This document shows, piece after piece, positions 22,050 to 30,853 of a stretch of DNA of 60,389 bases. The notes beneath the pieces were generated by a model. The model was given only the letters and a program-made list of their open reading frames with translations. It was not told the DNA's origin and made no database searches. The stretch comes from Planctomycetota bacterium (GTDB taxonomy: Bacteria; Planctomycetota; B15-G4), in contig JBBQUR010000027.1 of NCBI GenBank assembly GCA_038212275.1, forward strand, positions 1 through 60,389, written 5' to 3'. Made by a program: the position numbers and the translations under genes. Within the stretch, counting starts at the first letter, position 1. The number at the start of each line of letters is the position of its first letter.

Positions 22050-22684
22050 CAGCCGCGGTCCTTGCGCAGCTTCGCGATGGCCTCCAGATGGTGCGACCCG
22101 TGCCACGCGTAGATGTCGAGCAGATCGGCCAGCGTGATGTCGCCGCGCTCGGGATGCAGGGCGCGGCGCGCGAAGGACGCGGACGGCTGTGCACCGAGCA
22201 GGAGCGCCATCCGCGCGTGCAGGCCGTCGAGGATGAGCAGCGAGTCGTCCACCGGCGCGGAGACGGCGTCGGCCTGGTTGGCCCAGACGTTCTCGTTGAA
22301 GGGCTTGACCGTCGGGTGCTCCTCGGCGAGCACGAACTTCATGCGCGTGAACGCCACGAGGTGACTGTCCGCGATGTGGTGGATGACCTGCGCGATCGTC
22401 CAGCCGCCGGCGCGGTAGGCCGTGTTCAGTTGCTCGGCCGACAGTCCGGCGATGGCCTGCCGTGCCTGCTTCGGGAAGAGCGCGATCGCCGCGATGCGGT
22501 CCGCGTTGCATCCTTGAAACCGCGGCTGCTGCGCGGTGTGCTCGTCGCCTGCATGGCGCGCAGCGGTCGGGGCAGCGGTCGGTGCAGCAGCCGGGGCCGA
22601 GGTCTGGAGCTGGGGCGGTGTTGCGGAAGGCGCGGGCGCAGGGATGTGCGGCTGCGCAGGCTGCGGCGAGGAGGCGTGGCTCAT
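22046..22684 (-). CDS. YfiT/BstA-like DinB-superfamily thiol S-transferase
   Basis: [27 protein letters not shown] metal motif; Pro/Ala-rich N-terminal extension. Confidence 0.88.
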   Translation of the reverse strand: MSHASSPQPAQPHIPAPAPSATPPQLQTSAPAAAPTAAPTAARHAGDEHTAQQPRFQGCNADRIAAIALFPKQARQAIAGLSAEQLNTAYRAGGWTIAQVIHHIADSHLVAFTRMKFVLAEEHPTVKPFNENVWANQADAVSAPVDDSLLILDGLHARMALLLGAQPSASFARRALHPERGDITLADLLDIYAWHGSHHLEAIAKLRKDRGW

Positions 22685-22815
22685 GACGGTTCGCTCCGGT
22701 CGTGGGTTGGTGGCCCACGATAGCGCGCCGCGGCGCCACGCGCCCTGATCGCCCGGCTGGCGGATGCTCGCCGGCACGTGCGGCCTGTCCGCGCCCGACG
22801 CAGCCCGCACGAACG

Positions 22816-24744
22816 CTACTGGATGTCCAGCACCTCGTCCATCGCGGGGACGCGCGCGCGGTAGTTGTTGTTCGCCGAGAGCCGCGCGTTCCATGGCAGG
22901 TTCGAGGACTCACAAAGGCGGCCGAGGGCCACGCAGGCGAAGGCACGTGTGATCGGCGGCTTGCCCGTGTCCCGCGCGAGCGCCACCAGCGGCTCGATCG
23001 CCGCGCCGTCGCCGATCAGCCCCAGCGCGCGGGCCACCGCGGAGCTCACGCTCAGCGTCTCGGCATCCTGCAGCACCGTGATGAGCGTCTGCACCGCCTG
23101 CACGTCGCCCAGGAGTCCGAGCGCCGTGGCCAGCTGCAGGCGGAACGTGGGCACCTGACTGCGCGCCGCGCACTGGGTGCGCAGCGTGTCGGCCGCCTCG
23201 GAATAGCCGAGAAAGCCCAGTGCCAGCGCGGTGTAGCCGCGATGATCCTGATCGCGCGACTCCTTGAAGTCCGCAAGCAGCGCTTCGCTCATCACCTTGA
23301 CGTCGAGCAGGCCGAGCGCCAGCGCGAAGGCGCTCTTGAAGGACGGGTCCTTCTCGCGTTCCCACGCATCCATGAGGCGCGGCTGGAAGGCCGCCGCGGC
23401 CTCGGTGTCCGCTCGCCCGAGGATGGCGGCCGCGAGCGCCGCCCATGAACGGTGTCCCGGGCTCGACTGCCTGGACAGCTCGCCGCCGAGGAACTTCACG
23501 AGCGCGCGACGCGCCTCGGCCTGCGTGTCGTCCTCGCCGTCGCGTGCCGCGATCTGCGCCAGGCTGATGAAGCAGAAGTGCCGGGTCTGCTGGTCGCGGC
23601 CCTCGCGGATGTATTCCTCGAGTGCCGTGATCACGCGCTCCTGCCCGAGGCTCGCAAGCTGCCCGAGCCCGAGCACCGCGCTCTGGCGCACCATCGAGTC
23701 GGTGTCGCGCGAGGTGAAGACGTCGAGCAGCGGCTCCAGGGCCTCGGCGCATCCGAGACGGCCCAGCGCGATGGGCACATAACTCGCGATGATCGCGTCG
23801 AGCTTGCTGTCCTGCAGCTTCTGCAGCAGCCAGCGCGAGGCCGGACCGCCCTCGCTCTCGCTCATCAGGCTCAGCGACACGATGGCCGTCACCTTCATGT
23901 CGCGCTCGCTGTCCTTCGTGTGTTCGAGCAGATCGATGAGGCGCGGCACCGAGGCCTCGTCGTCGAGCAGCCCGATGGAGAGCGTGGCGAACGCGGCAAC
24001 CAGCGTCGGCACCGGACCGCCGCCCATGAGGCGACGACCCTCCGCGGAGCCCGTCATGAGCGCCTGGAGCAACGGCACGGCATCGGCCTGTCCCGCGATG
24101 CCGAGCGCCAGCGCCGCCGCCGACTGCACGGACAGTTCCTTGTTGTCGAGCAGCGCCGCCGCGAGTCCGACCACGTCGCCGCGCGAACCTCGATCGCCGG
24201 CACGCGCCAGCGCCACGATGGCCGAGTCGAGGATGTCGCGATCGCTCGACGTGCGCAGCAGCTCCTGAAGCATCGGCACCACCGTGGCGTGGATCTCTTC
24301 GTACGACGGCCGGCGCGAGCCTGCATCCCCGGTGTGCCGCCCCTTCCCGGTGAGCGCCGTGACACCCGACGTGGCCCCTGCGCCGCGGACCAGTCGGTGC
24401 TTCAGGTCGAGAAAGGAGTCCTTGTTGGCTTCCCACCAGAATTCCCAGCTTTCATAGGCCGTTGTGAAATCGCCGCTGCCCGTGAGAGCCGCTGTCCGGG
24501 AGTCGCCGCGGCCGGCATGTCCGCGGCCCGTGCCGGTCGTCCCCGGCGAACTCCCGGGCGACGTCGACGGGGCACCGGGGCCCGGCGCCGGAGCACCACC
24601 CGGCGATGCGGGCGGCGCCGAGTTGCCACCGCCGGCACTGTTGCCACCTCCGGCATCGGCGGGTCCCCAGTACTGGCCCCCGTGCGCATGCAGCGGCGCG
24701 AGCAGGCACACGAACGACAAGACGACCATTCCCGCATGACGCAT
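22816..24744 (-). CDS. Secreted HEAT-repeat protein
   Basis: Signal peptide then HGGQYWGP, Gly/Pro linker, [10 protein letters not shown], many ALALG helical repeats. Confidence 0.85.
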   Translation of the reverse strand: MRHAGMVVLSFVCLLAPLHAHGGQYWGPADAGGGNSAGGGNSAPPASPGGAPAPGPGAPSTSPGSSPGTTGTGRGHAGRGDSRTAALTGSGDFTTAYESWEFWWEANKDSFLDLKHRLVRGAGATSGVTALTGKGRHTGDAGSRRPSYEEIHATVVPMLQELLRTSSDRDILDSAIVALARAGDRGSRGDVVGLAAALLDNKELSVQSAAALALGIAGQADAVPLLQALMTGSAEGRRLMGGGPVPTLVAAFATLSIGLLDDEASVPRLIDLLEHTKDSERDMKVTAIVSLSLMSESEGGPASRWLLQKLQDSKLDAIIASYVPIALGRLGCAEALEPLLDVFTSRDTDSMVRQSAVLGLGQLASLGQERVITALEEYIREGRDQQTRHFCFISLAQIAARDGEDDTQAEARRALVKFLGGELSRQSSPGHRSWAALAAAILGRADTEAAAAFQPRLMDAWEREKDPSFKSAFALALGLLDVKVMSEALLADFKESRDQDHRGYTALALGFLGYSEAADTLRTQCAARSQVPTFRLQLATALGLLGDVQAVQTLITVLQDAETLSVSSAVARALGLIGDGAAIEPLVALARDTGKPPITRAFACVALGRLCESSNLPWNARLSANNNYRARVPAMDEVLDIQ

Positions 24745-24908
24745 GAGTCCCCTCCGGATCCGGGTGGAGTCGGACGCGGCCCACACCCATCACGCACCGC
24801 GCCGCGATCTCGGGGACCTGCCCGCCCGATGTCAGCGCGGAAGTCGCGGTGACGATCGGCGCGCAGGGAAACGCCGGGCAGCAACTCGCCGGATGACCGA
24901 CCTCTCGA

Positions 24909-25394
24909 TCACTGCGCGCGGATGCGCACCACGAGATCTTCGGCGAGCGCGTTCGGGACCGGCAGCGCGAGGTTGTACTGCGCGATGCGCCAGCCATGCG
25001 GGCCGGTCACGAGCACGCCGCTGCCGCGCACCTCGCCATACTTGTCGTTGTGCAGACGTTCGTCGAACCACGCGACCTCGCCGCTGTCCGACAGGAACAG
25101 GTGCCGCTCCATCGGCACGTACGTCCAGCCCTGGCCCCGGCTGAAAGACGGCATGGCGTAGGCGCGGAATTGCTCGATGTTCCAGCGTTCGGTGGCGTCG
25201 GTGCCGAGGAAGATGGCGCCCGGCGCGAACAGCGCGAAGTAGGCCTCGCCGTCGGCTCGCGAGGCCGCCGCGTGCAGCGAGTCGACGACCGCCGCGGCCT
25301 GTCGCTCGGAATCGGCAGCGGTCCCCTCGAATCTGCCGGGGCCGGTGCAGGCGGCCAGCAGGAGGGAGAGGGCGAGCAGACGCCAGTCGTTCAA
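24909..25394 (-). CDS. SnoaL/NTF2-like lipoprotein
   Basis: LLAAC lipobox; FLGTDATERW, VAWFDERL, RGSGVL, WRIAQYNL; TTG start coupled to upstream stop. Confidence 0.85.
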   Translation of the reverse strand: MNDWRLLALSLLLAACTGPGRFEGTAADSERQAAAVVDSLHAAASRADGEAYFALFAPGAIFLGTDATERWNIEQFRAYAMPSFSRGQGWTYVPMERHLFLSDSGEVAWFDERLHNDKYGEVRGSGVLVTGPHGWRIAQYNLALPVPNALAEDLVVRIRAQ

Positions 25395-28045
25395 CGGTCG
25401 TCTCCGAGGCTCTGGAAGGCGGCGAGCGCCATGGCGGTTCCGTAGGCGCGGCCCAGCGCGGGCATGTCCGCATACGCGCCTTCCGCGTCACGGACATCGA
25501 GGATGTCCTGCAGCAGCGCGCGGCGGAAGCTCTGCTGGTGGTGACGCGGCAGTTGCGCGACAGCCTGCGCCGCGAAGGCCCAGTCGAAGAGCAGGTAGTG
25601 CGCGCCCTGGCCCTCGGGCCCGGTGTGGCAGGTGTCCTTGCCCCACTCGCGCTTGAGCGCGGCGCGTTGCGCGTCGAAGCGCTGCAGCGAGGTGCTCAGC
25701 TCATCCAGCGTGCCGGAGCCGCCGCGCAGCAGCGCCAGCGCGCACACGGGCCCGCGCCCTGCGGCCTCCGGGTTGTCCTCCGGCTCCGGTGCATCGCGCA
25801 TGTAGCGGAAGCTGCCGTCCGCGTGGCGCAGCCTGGAAAGGAAGACCTGGCCGCGATCGAGCGGGAGCTGCGGCACGCCGATCCCTGCCGCGCGCACGTC
25901 CAGCAGCGCGAGCAGAACGCCCGCCGTGAGAAAGCTGGTCGAGGGATCGAAGCCCGTCGTGCTCGTACTGCTCGCCAGCGAGATGTATGGCCAGCCTCCT
26001 CCCGCGTGCTGGCTGCCGAGCACGGATTGCAGCAGATCGTCGAGCGCATCCGTCAGCCGTTCGTCGCCGCCGATGTGCGCGTGACGGCACTGCGCGAGGA
26101 AGCGCAGCGTGTACAGCCGTCCCCAGATGGAGTAGACGCCCGCAAGCGTCTCGCCTGCGCGGAGCCCGCCCGCAGCGTGCACCGACACCAGGTATTCCTC
26201 GGCGCGATGCACGGCATCCCTCACGACGTCGTTCTTTTCCGCGAAGGGCAGCAGGCTGCTGCCACAGAGTCCGGTGATCGCAAAGGTGTAGCCGCCGGGC
26301 TGCGCGCCTAAGGCGTCCATCGGCGCGAGCCACGAGCCGTCGGGGCGCTGCGCGGAGAGCAGGTACGCGATCGCGTCGCGGCGCGCGCGTTCGAGCTGAC
26401 CGAGCGGCAGCCGCGCGACAGGCGGGCGCTCGATCGCGTGGAAGGTCGCCGCATCGGGCCAGTCCAGGCGCTCGCCGCCATTCACGAAACTGCCCTGCCC
26501 CGCGAGGTTGGCGGCGGCCTTCCAGGCCCAGCGATTCTCCGGGTGTTTCGCGACCAGCGTGCGCCATCGCTCCCTGCCCTGCGGGTCACCCTGCTGCAGC
26601 ATCTCGAGCGCGCCCAGCCAGAACAGTGCCTCGGGAGCGCGGCGGCCGTCCGGCGTCGCGGCGACCGCTCCCTGCAGCGACTGATGCGCGTCGGCGAAGC
26701 GACCCATGCGCATCTGCAGCACACCGCCTTCGACGGTGAGATCCGCGAGCAGCGCGGCGTCCGCGCCGCGGCGCGCGATGGCGAGTTCCGCGAGCGCCTC
26801 GTCGCCGCGTCGCTGCAGGGCCAGGAGCATCACGCGCAGCGCGTGACCGGCCGGCGTGTCGGGATGATCGAGCGTCACGCGCGCGGCCTGAAGCTCGCCA
26901 CGACGAAGCTGCCTTGCGGCGAATTCGAGGCGAGCCTTCGCATCGCGCGGTGTCGCCTCACGCGGCGCGGGTACGGCGGGCCCGCCGCGCGCCAGCACGC
27001 GCCGCGCCGCGTCGATCACGGGAAAGGCGTGGGGCACGCCCAGTTCCTCCAGCACCTCGCCCTCCGCGGACACGAACAGGATCGAGCCGCCCCACGAGTG
27101 ACTTCCCATGCCCCGCGCATCGGCCGCGCGGAACGGCGCCGGGTCGTCGACGCCCAGGCGCAGCGGCACGAAGCGCTCGGCCAGCAGCGCGACGAGGTCG
27201 GTGTCCATGAGCGCGCCCGAGTCGATGGTGTGCGGTATCTCGAGCACCGTGTAGTGCTCGAAGACCACGCACACCGGCTTGCCCTCGGCCCTGGCGCGAG
27301 CCGACGCAGCCGCCCAGTCGGTGGCCCACGGAAGCTCGCTGCCGCAGCGTGCAGCCAGCGCCGCAAGCTGCTCGGCGGCCTCGTCGCGCACGGGCAGCTT
27401 CGGTGCGGACAGCTCGAACGAGGCAACGATCGCATCCAGCACCGCGTCGGGCCGCGGTCCCTCCGCGGCCCAACTGCACTGCACGGCGTACACGAAGGGC
27501 GGCACGACGAGGTAGCGCAGCTCGGCGACGTACTCGCCTTGTCCGTCCGCGCGCTTCGCCCGGCAGCGCAGCAGCGCGGCAGGCCGGCCGGCAAGCGTCG
27601 TGTCGCTCTGCTCCAGCACCTGCTCGCCGTGCTGGACGAGCGTGGCAGCAGCGCTCGCGCGCACCTCCTCCGCCGACGTCTTGCCGTCGTGATCCGCGAC
27701 GTACACGACGACGGACGGCAGGTAGGGCGTGTCGCGCTCGTAGAGCGTCAGCGTGTACGAGGCGTTGTCGGCCCCGGCCTCCGCCGCGTAGCTGATCCAC
27801 TGCGCGCCCGGACGAACGATGCGGAAGCCGAAGCGCTCCTCGAAGAGTGCGAGCTCGTCACCCTGCGGTGCGCCCTGTGCGCTGCCTGCCGCCTGCGCAT
27901 CGCCCGCGTTGGCCGCGGCGCCCGCATCGGCCGCAGTTTGCGCGCTCGCCGGCGCTTCGCCGGCCGGAGAGGACTGCGCGCCGAGCGATGCGGCGCAGAA
28001 CAGCCAGGCGGATACGCACATCACGATCCTTCGCGGCGGCATCAT
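25391..28045 (-). CDS. Secreted multidomain protein: thioredoxin-like + TPR + prenyltransferase/terpene-cyclase-like alpha barrel
   Basis: [20 protein letters not shown] (Trx-like, no CxxC), APEALFWLG TPR, YLLSAQRPDGSW, QHAGGGWPY, DGSFRY QW-like repeats. Confidence 0.75.
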   Translation of the reverse strand: MMPPRRIVMCVSAWLFCAASLGAQSSPAGEAPASAQTAADAGAAANAGDAQAAGSAQGAPQGDELALFEERFGFRIVRPGAQWISYAAEAGADNASYTLTLYERDTPYLPSVVVYVADHDGKTSAEEVRASAAATLVQHGEQVLEQSDTTLAGRPAALLRCRAKRADGQGEYVAELRYLVVPPFVYAVQCSWAAEGPRPDAVLDAIVASFELSAPKLPVRDEAAEQLAALAARCGSELPWATDWAAASARARAEGKPVCVVFEHYTVLEIPHTIDSGALMDTDLVALLAERFVPLRLGVDDPAPFRAADARGMGSHSWGGSILFVSAEGEVLEELGVPHAFPVIDAARRVLARGGPAVPAPREATPRDAKARLEFAARQLRRGELQAARVTLDHPDTPAGHALRVMLLALQRRGDEALAELAIARRGADAALLADLTVEGGVLQMRMGRFADAHQSLQGAVAATPDGRRAPEALFWLGALEMLQQGDPQGRERWRTLVAKHPENRWAWKAAANLAGQGSFVNGGERLDWPDAATFHAIERPPVARLPLGQLERARRDAIAYLLSAQRPDGSWLAPMDALGAQPGGYTFAITGLCGSSLLPFAEKNDVVRDAVHRAEEYLVSVHAAGGLRAGETLAGVYSIWGRLYTLRFLAQCRHAHIGGDERLTDALDDLLQSVLGSQHAGGGWPYISLASSTSTTGFDPSTSFLTAGVLLALLDVRAAGIGVPQLPLDRGQVFLSRLRHADGSFRYMRDAPEPEDNPEAAGRGPVCALALLRGGSGTLDELSTSLQRFDAQRAALKREWGKDTCHTGPEGQGAHYLLFDWAFAAQAVAQLPRHHQQSFRRALLQDILDVRDAEGAYADMPALGRAYGTAMALAAFQSLGDDR

Positions 28046-28259
28046 GCTGGGCTCCCGGCGCGACACGTCGACCACGCATCACGCGACCGGCCAGCGACGG
28101 GGCCGTCGGATGCGCGACGCGCGGCCACCGTATCACTTCCGGTGCGCGCCACGCCCGCAGGCGCAAGGGGCCATGCTCGCCCACGCAACGCTCGCCATGC
28201 TATGACCATTCCTCCAGGGCTCCACTCCCGGGAGCTGTCATCCATCAGGAGGAATTTCC

Positions 28260-28799
28260 ATGCGTCTCACTTTCCGTCGTTCCGTGTTGTGTGCCTGCCT
28301 TGCCCTCGTCGCGGGTTGCGGTGATGAAGGCTCTGGCGCAGGCCTCGGCAAGCTCGGCTCCGACCTCAAGACCGTCGGCGACAAGGCCGCGACCGAGGCG
28401 AAGGATGCCGGCGGCAAGATGGCGGAGCAGGCCAAGGGCGCAGGCGCCGCGATGAGCACGCAACTCGCCGAAGCCGGCAGCTCGCTGTCGAAGCTCGCCT
28501 CGGATGCGGCCGCGGGCATGAGCATGAAGGGCGACGAGCTCTCCAAGATGCTGTCGGCCAAGCTGCCCGAGCTCAACAAGGTGGTTGCCACGGTGAAGGA
28601 GCAGCTGGCCGCGAAGGGCGGCGCGCTCAAGGACATGATCCCGGGACTGACGACCAAGCAGGATGGTTTCGCCAAGTCGCTCGAGGCGCTCACCAAGAGC
28701 GGCGCGAACGCGGGCGCGGACCTCAAGAAGTCCGCGCTGGACGCCTTCTCGTCGCTCACGGCCGGCCTCAACGACGCGATGGCCAAGCTCAAGGGCTGA
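28260..28799 (+). CDS. Ala/Lys-rich helical lipoprotein of unknown function
   Basis: AGGAGG RBS, LVAGC lipobox. Confidence 0.8.
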   Translation: MRLTFRRSVLCACLALVAGCGDEGSGAGLGKLGSDLKTVGDKAATEAKDAGGKMAEQAKGAGAAMSTQLAEAGSSLSKLASDAAAGMSMKGDELSKMLSAKLPELNKVVATVKEQLAAKGGALKDMIPGLTTKQDGFAKSLEALTKSGANAGADLKKSALDAFSSLTAGLNDAMAKLKG

Positions 28800-28903
28800 T
28801 CGCCCGCATCGCTCTCACGAGCGACCCGGCAAGCACGACGCCCGGCGCGGGAACACTCGCGCCGGGCGTCGTCGCGTGAAAGGCGAAGCGCGCGGCGCCC
28901 GCG

Positions 28904-29458
28904 TCAGCCTGCGTCGGCGCGCAGCAGATCCTTTCTCAGGCACCAGCGGCGCGAGCGCGAGACGAGCGCCACCGCGCACAGCACGATGAGCGCGCCGTTC
29001 TGCGCCAGCTTGTTGCAGGCATTCACCACGCCGCCGCCGCAGCCGCAATCGAAGGCGACGCTGCACGCCGCGATGTGGCCTGCTGCCGCGAGCTCGGACG
29101 TGCGCAGCGCGATGGCCACGGTGAAGACGAGCATGAGTCCCAGCAGGAAGAGCGCCGTGCCGCGCACGGCGGCGCCGGCCAGCAGCAGGGCACCGCACAG
29201 CAGCTCCGCAAAGGGCAGCGCCGCCGCCGTCGCGTTCATGAGCCACGGCTGTCCGGGCGGAAACATGTCGTACTCGCGCAGCGCCTTGAGGAAGGCCACC
29301 GGATCCGACAGCTTGTTCCAGCCCATCGCCACGAAGGTGATGCCGACGGCGAGACGCGCGACGAGCAGCGGCACGCCGCTGGCGTCGAGGCGCGCCAGGC
29401 CGCGCGGCGCCTCGGACGGCTGCGCTACGGCCGGGCGAGGTGCGCCGGTCTCAACCAT
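28904..29458 (-). CDS. MauE/DoxX family membrane protein
   Basis: ARLAVG..F...GWNKL.DP, LPFAELLCG, DCGCG motif, 4 TM; overlaps the rhodanese gene end. Confidence 0.85.
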   Translation of the reverse strand: MVETGAPRPAVAQPSEAPRGLARLDASGVPLLVARLAVGITFVAMGWNKLSDPVAFLKALREYDMFPPGQPWLMNATAAALPFAELLCGALLLAGAAVRGTALFLLGLMLVFTVAIALRTSELAAAGHIAACSVAFDCGCGGGVVNACNKLAQNGALIVLCAVALVSRSRRWCLRKDLLRADAG

Positions 29459-30122
29459 CGCCGCCGCCTCGCGCGCCTTTTTCCACGGGCAGGCCGGCTG
29501 CGGACCACGCGGTCCAGCCGCCGACGTAGACGTAGACCGCATTCGGATCGATGCCGAAGGCCGGAAGGTCCTGCGCCGCCATCTCGGAGTCCTCGCAGTT
29601 CACGCCGATGCAGTAGACGATGACCTTCAGCGCGCCGGCGCACGCGGCTTGCACGGCCTCGACGTGCCGATCGAGGTGGTAGCGATCGAACTGCACGGCG
29701 CCCGGCACGTGCCCCGCGCGATACGCGTCGTCGCCGCGTGCATCCACGAAGACGTAGGCGCCGGCCGCGAAGGCGGGATCCTCGAAGAGTTCGCGCGCCT
29801 CCTCGTGAGTCACCACCTTGAGGCCGCGCTCGCGCAGGCGCTCCGCCACCGCGGCATCGGCCCCCGCGACGGCCGCGACCGACTCACCCGACTCGGTGCT
29901 CGTGCTGCCCGGCGCGGCCTCATGCCCAGCTGCCGCCTCGTGCCCGGGCGTCGCGGTCGGCGCCGGGCCGGGCAGATCCGGTCGAGCCGGCGTGCTCGTG
30001 CGGAAGTGGTCGCGTGTCAGCGACAAGCCGTCGCGATTCAGCTCGTTCGCCACCAGCCCCGCGCCCAGCGCCACGGCGCCGACGACGAGAGCTTCGAGGC
30101 AGGTGCGGGCTGGTTCTTTCAT
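29451..30122 (-). CDS. Membrane-anchored rhodanese-like domain protein
   Basis: FVDAR...YRAGHVPGA, IVYCIGVNCEDS, YVGGWTAW...GLPVE. Confidence 0.9.
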   Translation of the reverse strand: MKEPARTCLEALVVGAVALGAGLVANELNRDGLSLTRDHFRTSTPARPDLPGPAPTATPGHEAAAGHEAAPGSTSTESGESVAAVAGADAAVAERLRERGLKVVTHEEARELFEDPAFAAGAYVFVDARGDDAYRAGHVPGAVQFDRYHLDRHVEAVQAACAGALKVIVYCIGVNCEDSEMAAQDLPAFGIDPNAVYVYVGGWTAWSAAGLPVEKGARGGGDG

Positions 30123-30185
30123 GGTTCGGGCACGCCCTACGCAGCGGCCGGGCCGGATGATAGCCAGCAGGGCTCCGGCCGCCTA

Positions 30186-30749
30186 TCACGCCGTTGCTGC
30201 TCCGCCGAAGTCTCGTCGCCTCAGCCAAAGCGACACCGACACGAGGCCGATGAGCACCGGCACCTCCACCAGCGGACCCACCACCGTGGCGAAGGCCACG
30301 CCCGAGTCGATGCCGAAGACCGAGATGGCCACTGCGATGGCCAGCTCGAAGTTGTTGCCGGTGGCGGTGAAAGCCAGCGAGGCGGCGCGCGGATAGTCGG
30401 CGCCGACGCGCCTGGCCATGAAGAAGCTGGCGAAGAACATCAGCACGAAATAGATCGTCAGCGGCAGCGCGATGCGCAGGATGTCCAGCGGCAGCGCGAG
30501 GATGCGGTCGCCCTTGAGGCTGAACATGACCATGATCGTGAACAGCAGCGCGACAAGCGTGATCGGCGCGATGCGCGGGATGAACGTGCCCGAGTACCAG
30601 GCCTCGCCCTTGAGCCGGCGCAGCACGAAACGCGTCGCCATGCCGCCGAAGAACGGGATGCCGAGGTAGATCATGACGCTGGTGAAGATCTGGCCGATGG
30701 ACACGTCCACGGCCGCGCCCGGCAGCCCGAGCAGCGGCGGCAGCGCGGC
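30186..30749 (-). pseudogene. acr3: 5'-truncated Acr3 arsenite efflux transporter
   Basis: Only the C-terminal half is present ([48 protein letters not shown]); upstream sequence is unrelated. Confidence 0.85.
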
Positions 30750-30773
30750 GGTGCGGCGGTGCGGCGGTGCGGC
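30750..30773. repeat. 8-bp tandem repeat x3 at the acr3 breakpoint
   Basis: GGTGCGGC x3. Confidence 0.8.
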
Positions 30774-30853
30774 TCGTCGTGCCCACGGACAGAAACGCGA
30801 ACCGAGCGGCCCGGCTGCTAGCATGCCCGCCGATCGCCCCGGGAGACGGATGC

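Noticed and set aside
18826..22946. Apparent long N-terminal extensions of GlpD and GlpK (similarly ResB and CcsA)
   Set aside because: Caused by upstream open frames; real starts overlap the preceding stops at 20508, 22049, 44716 and 45882.
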